DNA of 64,000 nt from Amoebidium appalachense (lineage: Eukaryota > Protista > Ichthyosporea). The notes beneath the pieces were generated by a model. It saw nothing but the letters and a program-made list of their open reading frames with translations. It made no database searches and had not been told where the DNA came from. This document shows positions 50,865 to 64,000 of this stretch, piece by piece (within the stretch, counting starts at the first letter, position 1; each line of letters opens with the position of its first letter). The position numbers were made by a program, and so were the translations under genes. The stretch covers positions 5,840,889-5,904,888 of the forward strand of contig CAVNZM010000012.1 of assembly GCA_963693365.1 (NCBI GenBank), written 5' to 3'.

Positions 50865-51337
50865 CGTGCGTGTGCATGCGTGCACGCGTCACTGTGTTTA
50901 TGTGTATGCGCCAATGGTGTGTTTTTGTTTTACTTATAGACAGCTAAAGTAGGTTTGTTTATAACAGTGTGTGTTTGAGGATGTGTGTGGATTTGTTTGT
51001 GCATGTGTGTTAGTATGTGCACGTGTGTGTGTGTGTATTCTTATACGAGAGAACGAAATTCCTGCCCATGGCAACACGTGCGCACACCCACCCACCCACC
51101 CACCCACTCACACGCCCATAACCCACATCATGAGTGGGTGAAGGATACTGGCCTATGCAAAACCAGCGGGCATGCTCGTAGGGAGGGGCTTTCCCAATGT
51201 GTTGCAAAGTAAGAAGTATGTAAACATTCACGACGAACGACACAAGCAGATTTTGCAGAAAAAAGCGAATTGAAAGAGAATGCACCACAGGGGAGATTAG
51301 TGGTGGTGGTGGCGGTGGTAGTGGGAGGGGGGTTGGG

Positions 51338-51374
<37 letters not shown>

Positions 51375-51986
51375 TAATTCGGAAATATGCATACCAGGTT
51401 CTTATTGGCACAAACATCCGCCAGCCAAAGGGCCCCAGTATGTCGACCCAGTTCTCCCTCAGCCCCAGATCAAACCCGTTGTCCTTGACTGGCTCATCTA
51501 TGAATCGCGGCAGCCGGAATGACTCTGCACACAAACGCGAAAACAGTTTTTTTTTTGTGGGGCCAAGGGGGAGGGAGGGGGTCATGTATGTGTTAATGGG
51601 TTGGAAATATGGAGGAGACAACGAAGAGCAACAACAAAACGTCACAAAAGTGGGAAACCCAAAATCAAGCAATTTGAGCATGCAGGCAGAAGACACTCGA
51701 ACAGAGCCGGGGGGGGGTTAGAAAACATCACACATAGAGAGTATTAGGGTATAGAGTATTAGGGTATACCACGGACACAAGACAGGTATTGTTTGCTGGA
51801 GCACTTTACAAACCTTTGCCCATCTTCACCGTGTTTTGCTTTGTGATCAAATTCTCCTGGAGCCCAATGAAAAGTTTTAAGTATCCATAAAGATTATGTC
51901 TTAGTCCGGCTGTGATCGGTTAACCCCTCTCCCCCTCCCTCCTCTCCAAACAAACACACACACACACATACACACACCCCCACCCC

Positions 51987-52017
<31 letters not shown>

Positions 52018-54209
52018 AGTTCTACCAGCACCCCCATCCAACAGTGATAAATGTACGCACCTAGGGTGGTGAGGTTTCTGCATATGAGTGAGGTGTGGAC
52101 CAGAAACAGCCCCCAGATGGCCAATCCAAACATGGCCGACAGACCAAACTCGGCCATGAGAAGAATCGGCATCTGCTCAACACGTAGCTCGCTCTGTGAG
52201 TAGGAAAAAAGAAGGGGGAGAAGGCGAGAGGGGGGTAGGGTTGGAGGAAGAGGGGAGGAGGAGGGAAGCAAACGAGGGAGGAAGGGGACTGGGGAGAAAG
52301 AAATAGAAAGGAAGAGAAAAAGGAAAGAAGGCAAAGGAGGTCAGTGTATACTGGTTTGTGGAGGTGATTATGGGCAATTCCACTGTGACTCTAATTCATT
52401 TTGTTGATATGGAGAGCTCTGTCACTGGAACCACCAGCATTTAGACCATAATATAAAGGAAGGCTCACGCTGTGAGTCTGGCTTGCTGTGTCCTATTAAC
52501 ATTCTTGTGAATCTATGCCCGACCACACACAGGGCAACCATTCACAGCACCAGACACTTGCGAATTCCCCCCCTCGAGCTCCCTCCCCACCCTCCCCCTC
52601 TCACTCCTCCCACCCCCCTTTAGATCTGGGCCACATCCAAAATCCCCCCCCCCCCCCCCCCCCCCCCCCCTCCTCTCCCTCGACTTCTTACCTTGAACAC
52701 TTTAATGACGTAGGGCAGAGCAGTGACGGTATAGAAGAGGGTAAGCAGGGCTGCCCACATGAGAAACAGGTAGAAGTACTTGTAGTTGAAGTGCCCCACA
52801 CAGTTGGCCACCCTGTAATGTGCGAGAGAGAGAGGGAGAGAGAGAGTAAGAAATGAATAAAGGAAAGAAAAAGAAGCCCAATATATATAATTAGAAGGAA
52901 TAGAATGATCATTTCAGTATTCAAGGTAATAATGAAAGGGGGCTAAAAAAAAAAAAAAAGGAAAAAAGTGAAAAAAGTGGAGGTGCGGGGTATCGATCCC
53001 CGTGCCTCTCGCATGCTAAGCGAGCGCTCTACCATCTGAGCTACACCCCCTGTTGAGGACTCGAAGCCCATTGAATTTATCACCCTGAAAGGTTCGCTCG
53101 AAGAGTTGATGTATCTAATTTAGGCAAAGCAAAGATGCACAACACGAAAAGAAGAAACAGCTATATTGAATACAACACATTATAAAGACACATGACCCCC
53201 CCCCCCCCTCTTCGCCAAAAAACAAAAAGATTAAACCACTTACCCACCCACATACCAACCCGCACACCAACACCAGGAGAAAAAATAGACGACAGTGGAA
53301 TGAATCTCCGTCTCCAACCACACTATCACCTACCAAGGGCAGTGGTGGTCCATGCGCAGCACACACCTGCAGCCAATAACCATGCACAACGGTCAGCCCC
53401 TAATCATGTACATTTGTGCACACGCTCGTAATCGACTGCCCCGTGTCCGAATCGAAATGAGGGGGAAAAGAGAGAGAGAGAGAGAGAGAGAGAGAAGAAA
53501 ATTTTGAAGAAAAAGGAAAATAGTTGGATGTTTCAAGATGTGGCAAATGCCGCTAAGATTAATTAGCCAATCACCATGTCCCCTCATCCCTTCCCCCCCC
53601 TCCCCCCCCCCCTCCCCCTCCCCCCCCCCCCCCCCCCCCCCTTCTCACCCCCCAAACAAACACACAGTCACACCCACACATTTACTATTTTTGCCAGGAG
53701 GGCGGAATGAGGAGAGGAACAGATGTGATGCCGGACAGGGAGAGGTCAACAGAGGCAGGAAATGGCCACACCGCAGAAATGTCTGAGGTAAATGCAATCT
53801 GATGTTCCCCTTGCAGATCGCAAACATCCTAAGGCTTCCCCAAACACATAGATACACACTGTATTTTCACAGAAACACACAAATACACACACACCATACA
53901 TCACACACTCACACTCACATGCATGCACGCATGCACGCACACACCATCATCAACACAACACCCGCACCTCTGCACCCATTCTAATTTTCTACCCTCTCGG
54001 CTGAATAAAGACTTGGGGGCTCGTTTGGGTTGCGTGACGAGCAAAATAGAGCATGCACATGAACACCCACAAGAGCGGGGAGGGCAGCGACAGTTATCAG
54101 AAAAAGTGAGGGTGGGCATGGAAAGTGTGTGTGTGTGTGTGGGCCCACGTCACCTGTGCGTGTGTGCGTACGTCCTTGTGCTTGTGCAGGTGTTTTTTTT
54201 TTTTTTTTT

Positions 54210-54240
<31 letters not shown>

Positions 54241-54681
54241 GGGGGGAGAACGTGCGTGTTGCAAACGGAGCAGTGGTGTGATCTGTCCGGCTTCAGCACA
54301 TTGCATCGATGGCAGTAGCGAAACCCCCCTGAGCTCTCCTGCAAGAATGAAGTATACCAGTAAGACGTCTATTCCCTGACTAGGCAAGAGGCTGACTGCC
54401 CATGTACAAATCCTGTTCTAGATGACTGACGAGAGCCCATCCGCAATTGTGGCTTCTTAAATTTCATCTCCAATCACAAAGGTTGTTGTCTCTTCCCCCC
54501 CCCCTCCCCTCCCCCCCTCTTCCACAAAACACACACACACCCAGCTGTTTCAACCACCCCTACAGAGGTCAAAGTAGGCATTGAAAGTAGTCCATTCTCA
54601 AGGGAGGGGGGTGGGGGGAGGGGGGTGGGGGGGTTACATTTAGGTTCGTTCCCTTATAATCTTTCGGCCTTTCTTTTTCTT

Positions 54682-54717
<36 letters not shown>

Positions 54718-55612
54718 TGAATGTGTCAAAAAGTACGAAGTATACAAGAACAAACGGATAACACGATGCAGAATGCAAGCCATACATAAAGAGTATGCAT
54801 AATAAGCAGAGCCCATCCTCAGGGGGGGGCCACGTCATCCACAGTATCCGAGTTTCGACCTATTCACCTCGTTAACGAAACCCAACTCAGATACTGTTTC
54901 ACTTGAACATGGGTAGGTCACCCGTCTTGATCAGAGACGAGCGGGGTTGCTTATGCAGGCAAGGGCAGTGAAAAAGGCCGGGGGTTAAAGTTGCAGCAGT
55001 AAGCAGAAGCAAGAAAAATATAGATAGGAACTCAGGAGACGGGGCTTCTAGGAAGCTCCCCCGTCGCTACCTAAGTCGATACTTCCCTAGCTAACATACT
55101 ACACCAGCTGAAAAGAATTAAGTCCTGAAGGCCACAGAATTCGCAATCAGAGAGGAAAATATGAGATTTGACCCACGCCGCAGGGTAGTAACACGCTTAC
55201 AAGGGCGGAACTTTAACGTTTTCGAACGGAAAGCTATGCCCCTGGATGTCAGCCGGAAATATGGTATCACCCATTGCTTTGGGCTTGAAAAAAGCCAAAT
55301 CGATAGTCCGAATTATGTTACGCTGGCGGGTAACATGCCGCATGGGTTCCAAGGGAGCTGTCGCCAACAGAGCGGTGTGTGCATGCGTGCGCGTAACGCA
55401 ATGTGTGAAGTGTGTCTATAGCTATGAGAGGGGGTATGCAGAAGTGGACAGATGAAGTGTGTGGAGAAAAAAACAGTAGGAAGAAAAGTAGACACCGGTG
55501 TGTGCAACCCCGCACAACATACACACACACACACACACATAAATAAGCGAAGATTACAGGTAATCAACCAGAACAACAAATGACAAGCAAAACAATAGGC
55601 GCAAAAAAAAAA

Positions 55613-55645
<33 letters not shown>

Positions 55646-55649
55646 AAAA

Positions 55650-55685
<36 letters not shown>

Positions 55686-55907
55686 CTTAGGGGAGGCTTC
55701 TTCAGTTCACCCCGTATTTCTACCTTTTCCTCCATTCTCCCCTCTGACACAAACAAACAAACAACGACGGAAAAGATAATTATTAAAAAACCGTACAATG
55801 AAGTAGTTATTTCTTTCTTTCTCTCTTTCTTTCTTTTTTTTATAAAAAACAAAACAATTAAAAAAGCGCACGACGGGTAGGCAGGATAAGCGGTTAAGGG
55901 GTTGGGA

Positions 55908-55941
<34 letters not shown>

Positions 55942-56199
55942 TATGACATACACAGGTATAACAGTGGACTGGTGTACGCAGCCTGCCATCCAGAGCCACC
56001 ACCCTCCCGTCCGGATCATGAATTTGCAACTGATACCCCACCACCCACTGCTGTTTTGGTCAGCAGAAAATCCATGCAATTTTACCGGCAACCCCCCCCC
56101 CCCCCCCTTCCCCATCTTCCTCGGGTAGGCTAAAAAATCTACACATCTCATGATGGATTAACAGTAAAATCATAAAGATGCCCAGAGAGACAAAAAAAG

Positions 56200-56263
<64 letters not shown>

Positions 56264-56505
56264 AAACATGCGTGGGGACAAGCAGGAAAAACAAGTCAAT
56301 GGCAACCCCAAAAAGTGCTTCTTTCCTTTCAATTTTTTTTTTTTAAAGAGTGGCACGCAAAATGAAAGTGTGCCATGTACGTGTGAGCCCATGTGCCCGT
56401 GTTCTGTGCTTGTTTGCCATGAAGCCTCAGCAGAATACTGTCACGAGAAAGCCGGAGGAGCTGGACTGTGTTTCTAAGACTGTGCTTACACGTGTGCTGT
56501 GTGTG

Positions 56506-56586
<81 letters not shown>

Positions 56587-57093
56587 CGCCCGCTTATACT
56601 TGCGTTCTTGCGCTGTGTGTAATTGTGTGTGCGTGTGTGTGTGTGTGTGCATGTGTCTCTCTCTTTGTCTGTGTGTGTGTGCGTGAATGTGTGCGTGCGT
56701 GTGTCTGTGTATGGGTGTGTGTGCCACGTCTGTTTGCCCGTGCACGTGCATACGCGGGCTTGAAGTATTTGGTGGGCAACAACCGTAGGTCTTTATGACC
56801 ATCTGTGCGGGTCTTTGGTAGAGGGGCAGGGAGAAGGTAGGAGGGGGGAAGGGGGTGTGGAGGTGTAGGGAAAGGGGGGGAGAGGGGGAGGGAGGGGGAG
56901 GGGGGGGGGAGGGGAGGGTGTGTGTTTCAAACCTCTTCAGGCACACGACCAGGGTTTGTGAAAATTGTTCGAAAATACGACCATAGAACCATCAGGTTGA
57001 TGAGGTGAAGCAGCAGGACGTAGAACACTGCACAAGGGGGGAGCAGATGATCATCAGATGGTGGGGGGGACGAAAAAAGGGGGGGGGGAAGAA

Positions 57094-57126
<33 letters not shown>

Positions 57127-57513
57127 AAAAGAGGCAGAAAAAGAGGAAAGGAGAGAAAATAGAAAGACAAAGAAAAAAAAAGAGAAACTCAAACGAAGCA
57201 AACACAGTGCAGAATAAAAACGGGACGCGGCAAAACCCTACTCCCCAAACAACACGTATAGGCAGGCTTGAAGGGAGCACAGCATCTGAAAGGCCCACAC
57301 ACACACACCGCCACAAGAGGCCATGTTTTTTACGCTAACCTCTCGCTCGGGGTTCCCAATTCATCCCTTATTTCAATGCACGGGCGGGCGGAGTGGGGGG
57401 GGGGGGGGGGGGGGGGGGTTGAGTGGATACGGATGTGGGATGGTTGGTGGGTGGGGTATGGATGAGACAGGGGGTGTAAAGTAGGGGCCAAAGGGGCGGT
57501 CGAGGAGGGGACG

Positions 57514-57558
<45 letters not shown>

Positions 57559-57806
57559 GGGGGGGGGGGGAGGGGGTAGGGGACGGTAAGATTCATTGAC
57601 CATTACTAAGAGCATATAGAACACCATTTGAAGCCGTGGCAGGATAATATCTATAGTACACGGGGAGAGCGCAAGAGGGAGAGAGACGAGGGGGAGGGGG
57701 GGGGGGTAAGGGAGGTTGAGAGTGGTGATGAGGAAGAATGTGGCTAATGGGTTTCCCTTTCCCTGTCCTCCCCCTTCCCCCTTCCTTCCCAAACCATCCT
57801 TTACAG

Positions 57807-57842
<36 letters not shown>

Positions 57843-58452
57843 CCCCCCTCCACTGGGCATTACTTCCTTCCCTGCCCCCACCTGCTCGTGGCCCCCCTCC
57901 CCCCCCCCCCCTCCCCCCCCCCCCCCCCCTCCCACCTCTCGAGGCCCCCAAATGCCATCACCGCTTCTCCAAGAACCCAATCTCTACCATCGTTCTTCTC
58001 CTTTCCCGCATCATTTTTTATTATCATCCGGTCACTTAACACCAGTGCACACACCATACCCAACGACACATCCTGACCAATGGCGAAAACATGCGGGGTG
58101 ACGTGCTTTGCAATCTTTAATAAAGACGAGAAGACATAGGGGAAGGGGTAGTGTATGCAAAAGAACGACGGCCAAGAAAGGGGACGGCACGTGAAGGGAT
58201 GCTGATCATGCGAGAGGGTGTAAAGCAAAGATTTGGTGTGGTAAACCTTGCAGGAAAAGAGAGAGCGTCTAGTGAGAAAAATTGACAGGAGGCTTGCTTG
58301 CTAGTTATGGAACACGGGCATACCTTTAAGGACAGCAAGTTGGACGAATTGGCCTGCAGGAAAAAGGAATCGTGTGTGTGTGCGTGTGTTTGTGTTTGCG
58401 TGTGTTAGTGTGTGTGTGTGTGTTAGTGTTAGTGTTAGTGTTAGTGTTAGTG

Positions 58453-58489
<37 letters not shown>

Positions 58490-59295
58490 GTGTGTGTGTG
58501 TTTGTGTGCGCGCGCGCCTGCATGTGCGTGCGTGTGTGTGTGTGTGTGTAAGTGTGTGTGTGCTTGTGCGTGTGTGCGCGCGGGAGGGGGGGGGGGGGGG
58601 GGAAGAGGGCGGAGGGAGGAATTTCAGTTTGTTAGCTCATAGATAATAACTTACTAATCCACAACTACTGCCGCACATTCAAAATCTTGATAGGTACCCC
58701 TCCCGCGAAAAAACACGAAAAGTTTAGCCCTGATAGTCACAGCATGACGGACATGTGTAGACTACCACCCCCAGCCATCTTCCAACACGCCAGTGCTTTG
58801 ACTTCACATCCCTTCTGAATTCATTGCCCTTCCCCCGCTCCTCCGTTTGCCAACATACTGATCACTAAAATGCCCACCCCTTTACTACATGGAGTTGGAG
58901 TGCCGATGCCATCAACCTTAACGTGCCTGCACAAACACGACACACTTGAGGATAAAGTTTTAAAGCTGAGATGTGCAAAAGGCTAAGTGAGGATAGATGA
59001 GCAGCCGTTTACAGCGGTTTTAAAAAAGGGCTGGGCACAATTTGACAACACTCTCTTATCAGTATAGCTGTGTGAAAAATCATGTGTGTATTTCGGGAGG
59101 GGGAGAGCAGGGAGGGGAGGGGGAGGGGGTGGGTGGGTGGGTGGGGGGCGGAGGGAGGGGGGGGGGGGGGGGGGGGGGGGAGGGGGAGGGAAGCGGCCAG
59201 AGAGCGAGAGAGCGAGGGAGAGGGGGAGAGAGAGGGAGAGGGAGGGAGGGAGGGAGGGAGGGAGAGAGGGAGAGGGAGAGAGGGAGAGAGGGAGA

Positions 59296-59332
<37 letters not shown>

Positions 59333-59849
59333 CAGTGGGGGGGGGGGAAGGGGGGGGGGGAGTGGGGAAGGGCGAAGACTGGGTGCGAAGTGTGCATATG
59401 CATAAGGGAAGGATGTAAGGTGGGTAGGGGGGAGAGGGAGGTGTTGAGACACGTTATGCGTGTGTTGGTGTTTGTTCATGTGCATGTCTGTGTGTGCGTG
59501 TACCTGTGTATGTGTGCACCTGAGCCTGTGCGGGTGCGTTTGTGTGCGCTTGAATATATGTGTGTGCTCGCGTGCATATGCGTTTGCACATGAATTCTCT
59601 CACAAAACACAAGGAAAAACTACCACATATTGTCGCCAAGAAATTGATGTATCCAAAAACAAGCACAGAGAGCGCCAGCATGACAGGTACGAACTGTGCC
59701 ACTCTCATAATGACGTTCAGCATCCTTGTTAGCACACCCCTCTGGGTCTTTTTGTGTCTCCTTTCACCCCATACTGGCGGGTGTATTGAGGGTCCCACGG
59801 TAATGCCGGAGGGGTCATAACTCTCGTTATTGTTCTGTCCATGATCCAT
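50676..59849 (-). CDS. DHHC palmitoyl acyltransferase, ZDHHC2/15/20 (Pfa3)-like
   Basis: Exons give [38 protein letters not shown]|[11 protein letters not shown]|[46 protein letters not shown] and EGNGIEF (PaCCT-like), then TAG. A few small 5' exons are unresolved. Confidence 0.92.
52978..53050 (-). tRNA. tRNA-Ala (anticodon AGC)
   Basis: GGGGGTGTAGCTCAGATGGTAGAGCGCTCGCTTAGCATGCGAGAGGCACGGGGATCGATACCCCGCACCTCCA folds as a cloverleaf with the G3:U70 alanine identity pair. An oligo-T Pol III terminator follows immediately. Confidence 0.95.
54715..55380 (-). mobile_element. Longest copy of the C-tract-associated family, with degenerate upstream sequence, in a ZDHHC intron
   Basis: G run followed by GTTTGAATG..AGTACGAAGTA..GCAGAGCCCATCCTCAGGGGGG..GTCATCCACAGTATCCGAGTTT. 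About 500 bp of unique non-exonic sequence continues to a TG tract; the extent beyond ~54860 is inferred. Confidence 0.5.
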
Positions 59850-60071
59850 GTTTGTTTCAAATGCGCATGGGGATTCAACGGAAACCCCCCCTCCTTGCAA
59901 GGTGAAGGCTGTTAAATCAGGTACTTGTGTTTGTGGATAAAATCTACAGTTTGACTCGTTTGTGAAAACTAACACCTCTATTTGTGCAAATCCGAAAGCC
60001 CCGGCATAATAATTGCAACCACCCTCAACAACGAAAACTAACTGCCATGGCATACGCTGTTGCCTCGATAG

Positions 60072-63000
60072 CAAGGCCTCCTAAATAGTACACCGGGCCG
60101 AGGCACGAGGTCGTCACATATGAGAAGTGACGTCATCAAGAGTAGGGTTAGCTTCCAGCCGAATCCAGCGAAATGATTGGCCAACTGAGGAACGCGCGAA
60201 ACCCAGTAAAGGCGATTTCGATTGGATAGAAGATTTTTGACTGCCATTTAGTGATTGGACAATACAGCAAATGGCGGGCTTTTGGTGTTCTTTGTATACT
60301 CGGGAAATTGTGGGGTACCAACATTAAGGATAAGGCAAAACCAACAATATTAGTATCTAGTCTGTTTTAATAGCGTTATGAAATAACAAATACGTCAAAG
60401 CGCTCATTTATTTAACATTTAAATGGTTTATCCCGTTTTTTTGGCGCTTAAAATATAATTTTAGGGAGTTATTTTAAGGGGCTAAGACTTTAAGTTGACG
60501 TAAGTACAATTACTTCATCAATCCCCATCGATCTCTCGTTGTGATCTAGGGGGCTGTGTACCGGCCGCTTGTGTTGCTGCTACACGTGGAAAAGTAACTA
60601 TTTCTTTGCCACCACTTTACGTGAAGTGTGCCTGCATTATATATAAAAAAGGCTGGGCAGTGCCACTTTGGCCACGCCCAGCCGCTACGCAGATGCCAAG
60701 ATCTTGTGCTGTCTACGGCTGCACAACTAATTACAAAGGGCACGAGAGTGCATCTTGTTTTGCTTTTCCTAACAAAACTAAAGAGCCCGAGTGTTTTCAC
60801 AAGTGGGTCAGTTTCTGCAAACGCCAAGACTTAACGGTAAAAAGTAACACAAGCTGTATAGGTATTTGTATCAAACATTTTAGGCCCGAACAACTTGACC
60901 TAGGTTTTGACTACAAAGATCCTAAAACAGATATATCTCGGTTTATTAAACATTCCCACCCGAGGTGCAAAGAGAATCAGATTCCTTGCATATTCAACAC
61001 AGAACTGAATATAGTCATAGAGGAAAAGACACCCAGGAGAAACCCAGAGGATAGACGAGAAGAGCAAAACAAACGAGCAAAGCTCCAGGAAGAGGCTGAG
61101 AAGGCCCGGCTAGAACAACTTGACACCATACACTCGTTCAGCGAGTTGTGCGACAACTTCTTAGACCGTCTAAATAGCGTAGGCACGCTGGGGCTCTGGC
61201 AAGTCACACAAACGAGCAGTGAATGCATACAAGCGGTACTGCTGACAACAGTTACCCCGTCATTTCCCGGCGGGGTGCCCTTTCCCTTTGTGGGGGCAGT
61301 GGTAACTGTTGATCATAACCTTTCTGCAGTGCCTGTTGTGCACACACCGTCTGTGTTTGGGGCTACATCTTATTCGGTTTCGGTTGACTCGCACACGTCA
61401 CATTCTATATCTCGGTGGTCCAAGTTGTACCAGTTACTTCATTCGTGCAAGGAGAAGGCCAACTCAGCAAAGCCAAGCCCGTGCACTCAACCTTTGTGCT
61501 TCGATAAGCACGTTGGTTATGCACTCTGGGCCACCTTTTTTTTTGGGAAACTATCCTTAACACTCGGGTTTTAAATGTTTGCAGATAGCCCTTGTGGAGT
61601 ATCTAAAGGACGACCTCAACTGGGTCTACGTTCTTCTGGGCAAGATTATGACCGACCAGTTGGAGGGTCGGTTTGGACACTACAGGGAAATGAACGGAGC
61701 CTCAATTACCACATTTCCACCCGCCAGGTCGCCTCTTCCCTCCACCCTTGTTCTCCCCCCCCCCCCCCCCCCCCTTCCTCCTCCCCCCACTCCTTTTTTT
61801 CTGAGACAATTTTTCAGAGTCCCTCCCCCTCCCCCCTCCCCCTCGTTCCCAACCAACACCACCAACACCACCACCATCCACCCCCCCACCCCCTCCCTTT
61901 TCCCCTACTCCCCCCCCCCCCCCTTCTTTTTTTTTCGGATCCTAGAAGGCTTACCCCCACCTTCCTTCTTTAAACACCAATTGCCAAAAGAAGTAATCCC
62001 CCCCCCCCCCCCCCCTTCACCCCCCTCCCTTTTCCACCTCCATTTCCCAGATCCCCTCCTGACCGACACAAGCATTGCATTAACTTGCACACACCCAAAT
62101 CAGCCGGCTGCAGCTGGCAACTATTTATGGTCTGTGCGGTGCTCTTCATCTGCACAGTTGTAAATCAGGATAATGCCAAGCTAACGGAAGGTGTGATATT
62201 GAACAGGTGCTTGAGTCTGAGCGGCGCATCCGGCTCATCAACCTCTTCACGTTCCGCCGGGGCACGGGCAAGGCCGTGGGCATCAGCACTCTCAAGCAGG
62301 CCGTCAAGTTCAACGAGACTGCCCTGCTGGCCAAGCCTGCCGTGGAACTGGACGTTCTGCTGCAGCCCTTCTCCAGCATTGGCGCTCTGTTGGCTGCCAT
62401 CACCGTCCCCAACAAGAGCGTGGTCGTCTTTCTCGCCGGCTACGTCTGCTTCAAGACGGGGCGGGGCTGCAGCTGCAAGCAGTGCCGTGGGCGCTTGTTC
62501 AGCAGCCGCCGCCTGGTGGTGGAGATCCCAGCCAGCGTCAGAGCCCAGCTTGGGCCGGACGTCATCGACACGTCATACCTGGAGGCCATCGACCGTGAGG
62601 GGCTTTCTACTCCCTCCTACGCGGCCTATGTGGTCGCGGAGACCACTGTGCGCGTGATGGAGTGCCTCGCCAGCAAGGAGCTGGAGGGCAAGTTTCTGCA
62701 CGCCGGCTCCCACCGCCTGCTGGTTCGCACGCTCGCGGTCCAGCACGCCAAGAGCCGGCCGGAGACAGAGACAATTCGAGGCATTACTTGTGAGGAGTGC
62801 GGGGAGGACACGGCGCAGTACCTCGACGGCATCGCCATGAGAATGACCAACATTTTGCTCAACAACTACACCAAGGAACGCAACGCGAAAAAGAAAACAC
62901 CAACCAACAAGCCAAACCGGCAAACCAAGAAATACGAGGGTGCATCAACCGGTTTATTGGCGGCGCACGCCGCGGACCACACGGCCCCAGCGCCAGCGAC

Positions 63001-63283
63001 GACGTGGAGGCTGTGCTCGAGGAGGAGGACTTCGACGTTTTCTCGTTTTTGAACGACGACGCACTGGGTGCGTTGTGTGAGACTTGGGCAGTTATAGGCA
63101 GTGATGATTGCGTCTGGTAGTTTAGCGTAATGTTTGCACAAGTTTTGCACTAAATTAGTCTGATGTAGGAGACCCCGGAGGGGCACGTAAGATTTCAGTT
63201 TTCGATCACCCTACTCTTTACACGTAATCTGGAGTATTAGTCTGTTGCGTGCCTCGGCCCGGTGTGCTATTTAGGAGGCCTTG
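60072..63283 (+). mobile_element. P-superfamily (THAP) DNA transposon, internally deleted, 3212 bp
   Basis: 36-bp TIRs CAAGGCCTCCTAAATAG(T/C)ACACCGGGCCGAGGCACG at 60072-60107 and 63248-63283 (1 mismatch). A perfect 8-bp TSD CTCGATAG lies at 60064-60071 and 63284-63291. Confidence 0.93.
60693..63120 (+). pseudogene. Defective P-element transposase: intact THAP ORF (60693-61574) plus C-terminal exons, catalytic core missing
   Basis: THAP: MPRSCAVYGC..FAFP..W..C..ICIKHF..IPCIF. The exon at ~61585-61727 gives YVLLGKIMTDQLEGRFGHYREMNG/NYHISTRQ with a frameshift. The exon from 62207 gives VLESERRIRL..FLAGYV..CKQC..REGLSTPS..TNILLNNY, and its acidic tail is in another frame. Confidence 0.85.
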
Positions 63284-63834
63284 CTCGATAGCCAAATAAA
63301 ATAATAATATAAACCATGGCAGTTGTGCTGTTCAACTTTGGCGTTTGTAGGATCTCAGCGTGGCAACCTTGGATTACGTCACAAGACAACTTTTGGTTGC
63401 CAAAAAAAGCCATTACGCATTTCATTGGGTCTTGGCACTCGGAGGTGGGGCAGGACTGAGTGCCACGGCATACGAGGCTTCAAGCGCTAGAAGGGATCAC
63501 GATGCTAGTGTTTTCATTAACAATATTGTTGTTTTTCTCCCCAACAGCGGCTTTAGCACTAAATTATGTCTTTGCTTCTCTCGGTTGCAAAGGTAAACTG
63601 TACACCGATGATAGCGGCAGATACCGTATATACTATAGGTCATCATAACCTAACAGACACATATGATTGTTTTACCCTCCTCTCTTGCAACTGACTCACT
63701 GAATAGAAAAAGCCATGCTTGGAGGGAAAAGAAACTTTGAAAGAGACGCACACTTGCTCAAAGGATTTTCCCGGCGGCCGCTCACTAAGCTCAGTAGTAA
63801 GCAACCCTCCCCTTCCCCTCTCTCCCTCTCCTTC

Positions 63835-63876
<42 letters not shown>

Positions 63877-64000
63877 ACCACCACCACCCTCCTCGCTCTC
63901 CACCACCCCCCTTCTCCCCTTTCCTCAACCCCCGATCCCTACCCCTACCAACCTACCGCGTAAACCCCGTGTGCCATCGCCGCCTTTCTACCCGACTCCC

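Noticed and set aside
54815-54860. Possible hammerhead ribozyme (CTGAGGA and GAAA on the minus strand) in the dispersed family
   Set aside because: I could not form the three stems or a cleavage triplet, and the GAAA is not kept in the 7920-7960 copy.
58419-58458. (TTAGTG)n as an interstitial telomere-like repeat
   Set aside because: Short and embedded in a TG microsatellite; best explained as a local variant expansion.

Overview
Eukaryotic nuclear DNA with intron-rich genes whose introns are filled with (CA/TG)n, (GA)n and poly-G/C tracts, so almost all ORF-track entries are microsatellite artefacts. I assembled exons by hand using splice sites and reading phase. Five protein genes are supported: TANGO6/RTP1 (minus, ~874-17107), head-to-head with a DUSP11/PIR-1-like cysteine RNA 5'-phosphatase that has a long repeat-bearing tail (plus, 17375-22840); an unusual protein with two tandem 3-over-3 globin domains (minus, 23613-29720); a one-intron OPT/YSL transporter with an apparent 1-bp frameshift (minus, 44196-46576); and a ZDHHC2/15/20-like palmitoyltransferase (minus, 50676-59849) with a tRNA-Ala(AGC) gene in one intron. 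Mobile DNA includes a P-superfamily THAP transposon with 36-bp TIRs, an 8-bp TSD and a deleted catalytic core (60072-63283), non-LTR retrotransposon fragments, MITE-like elements and a dispersed family whose 3' ends abut C tracts. An animal-type cysteine RNA triphosphatase and a THAP P element together with an OPT/YSL transporter would fit a unicellular holozoan such as an ichthyosporean, but that assignment is inference only. Exon boundaries are manual and some are approximate.
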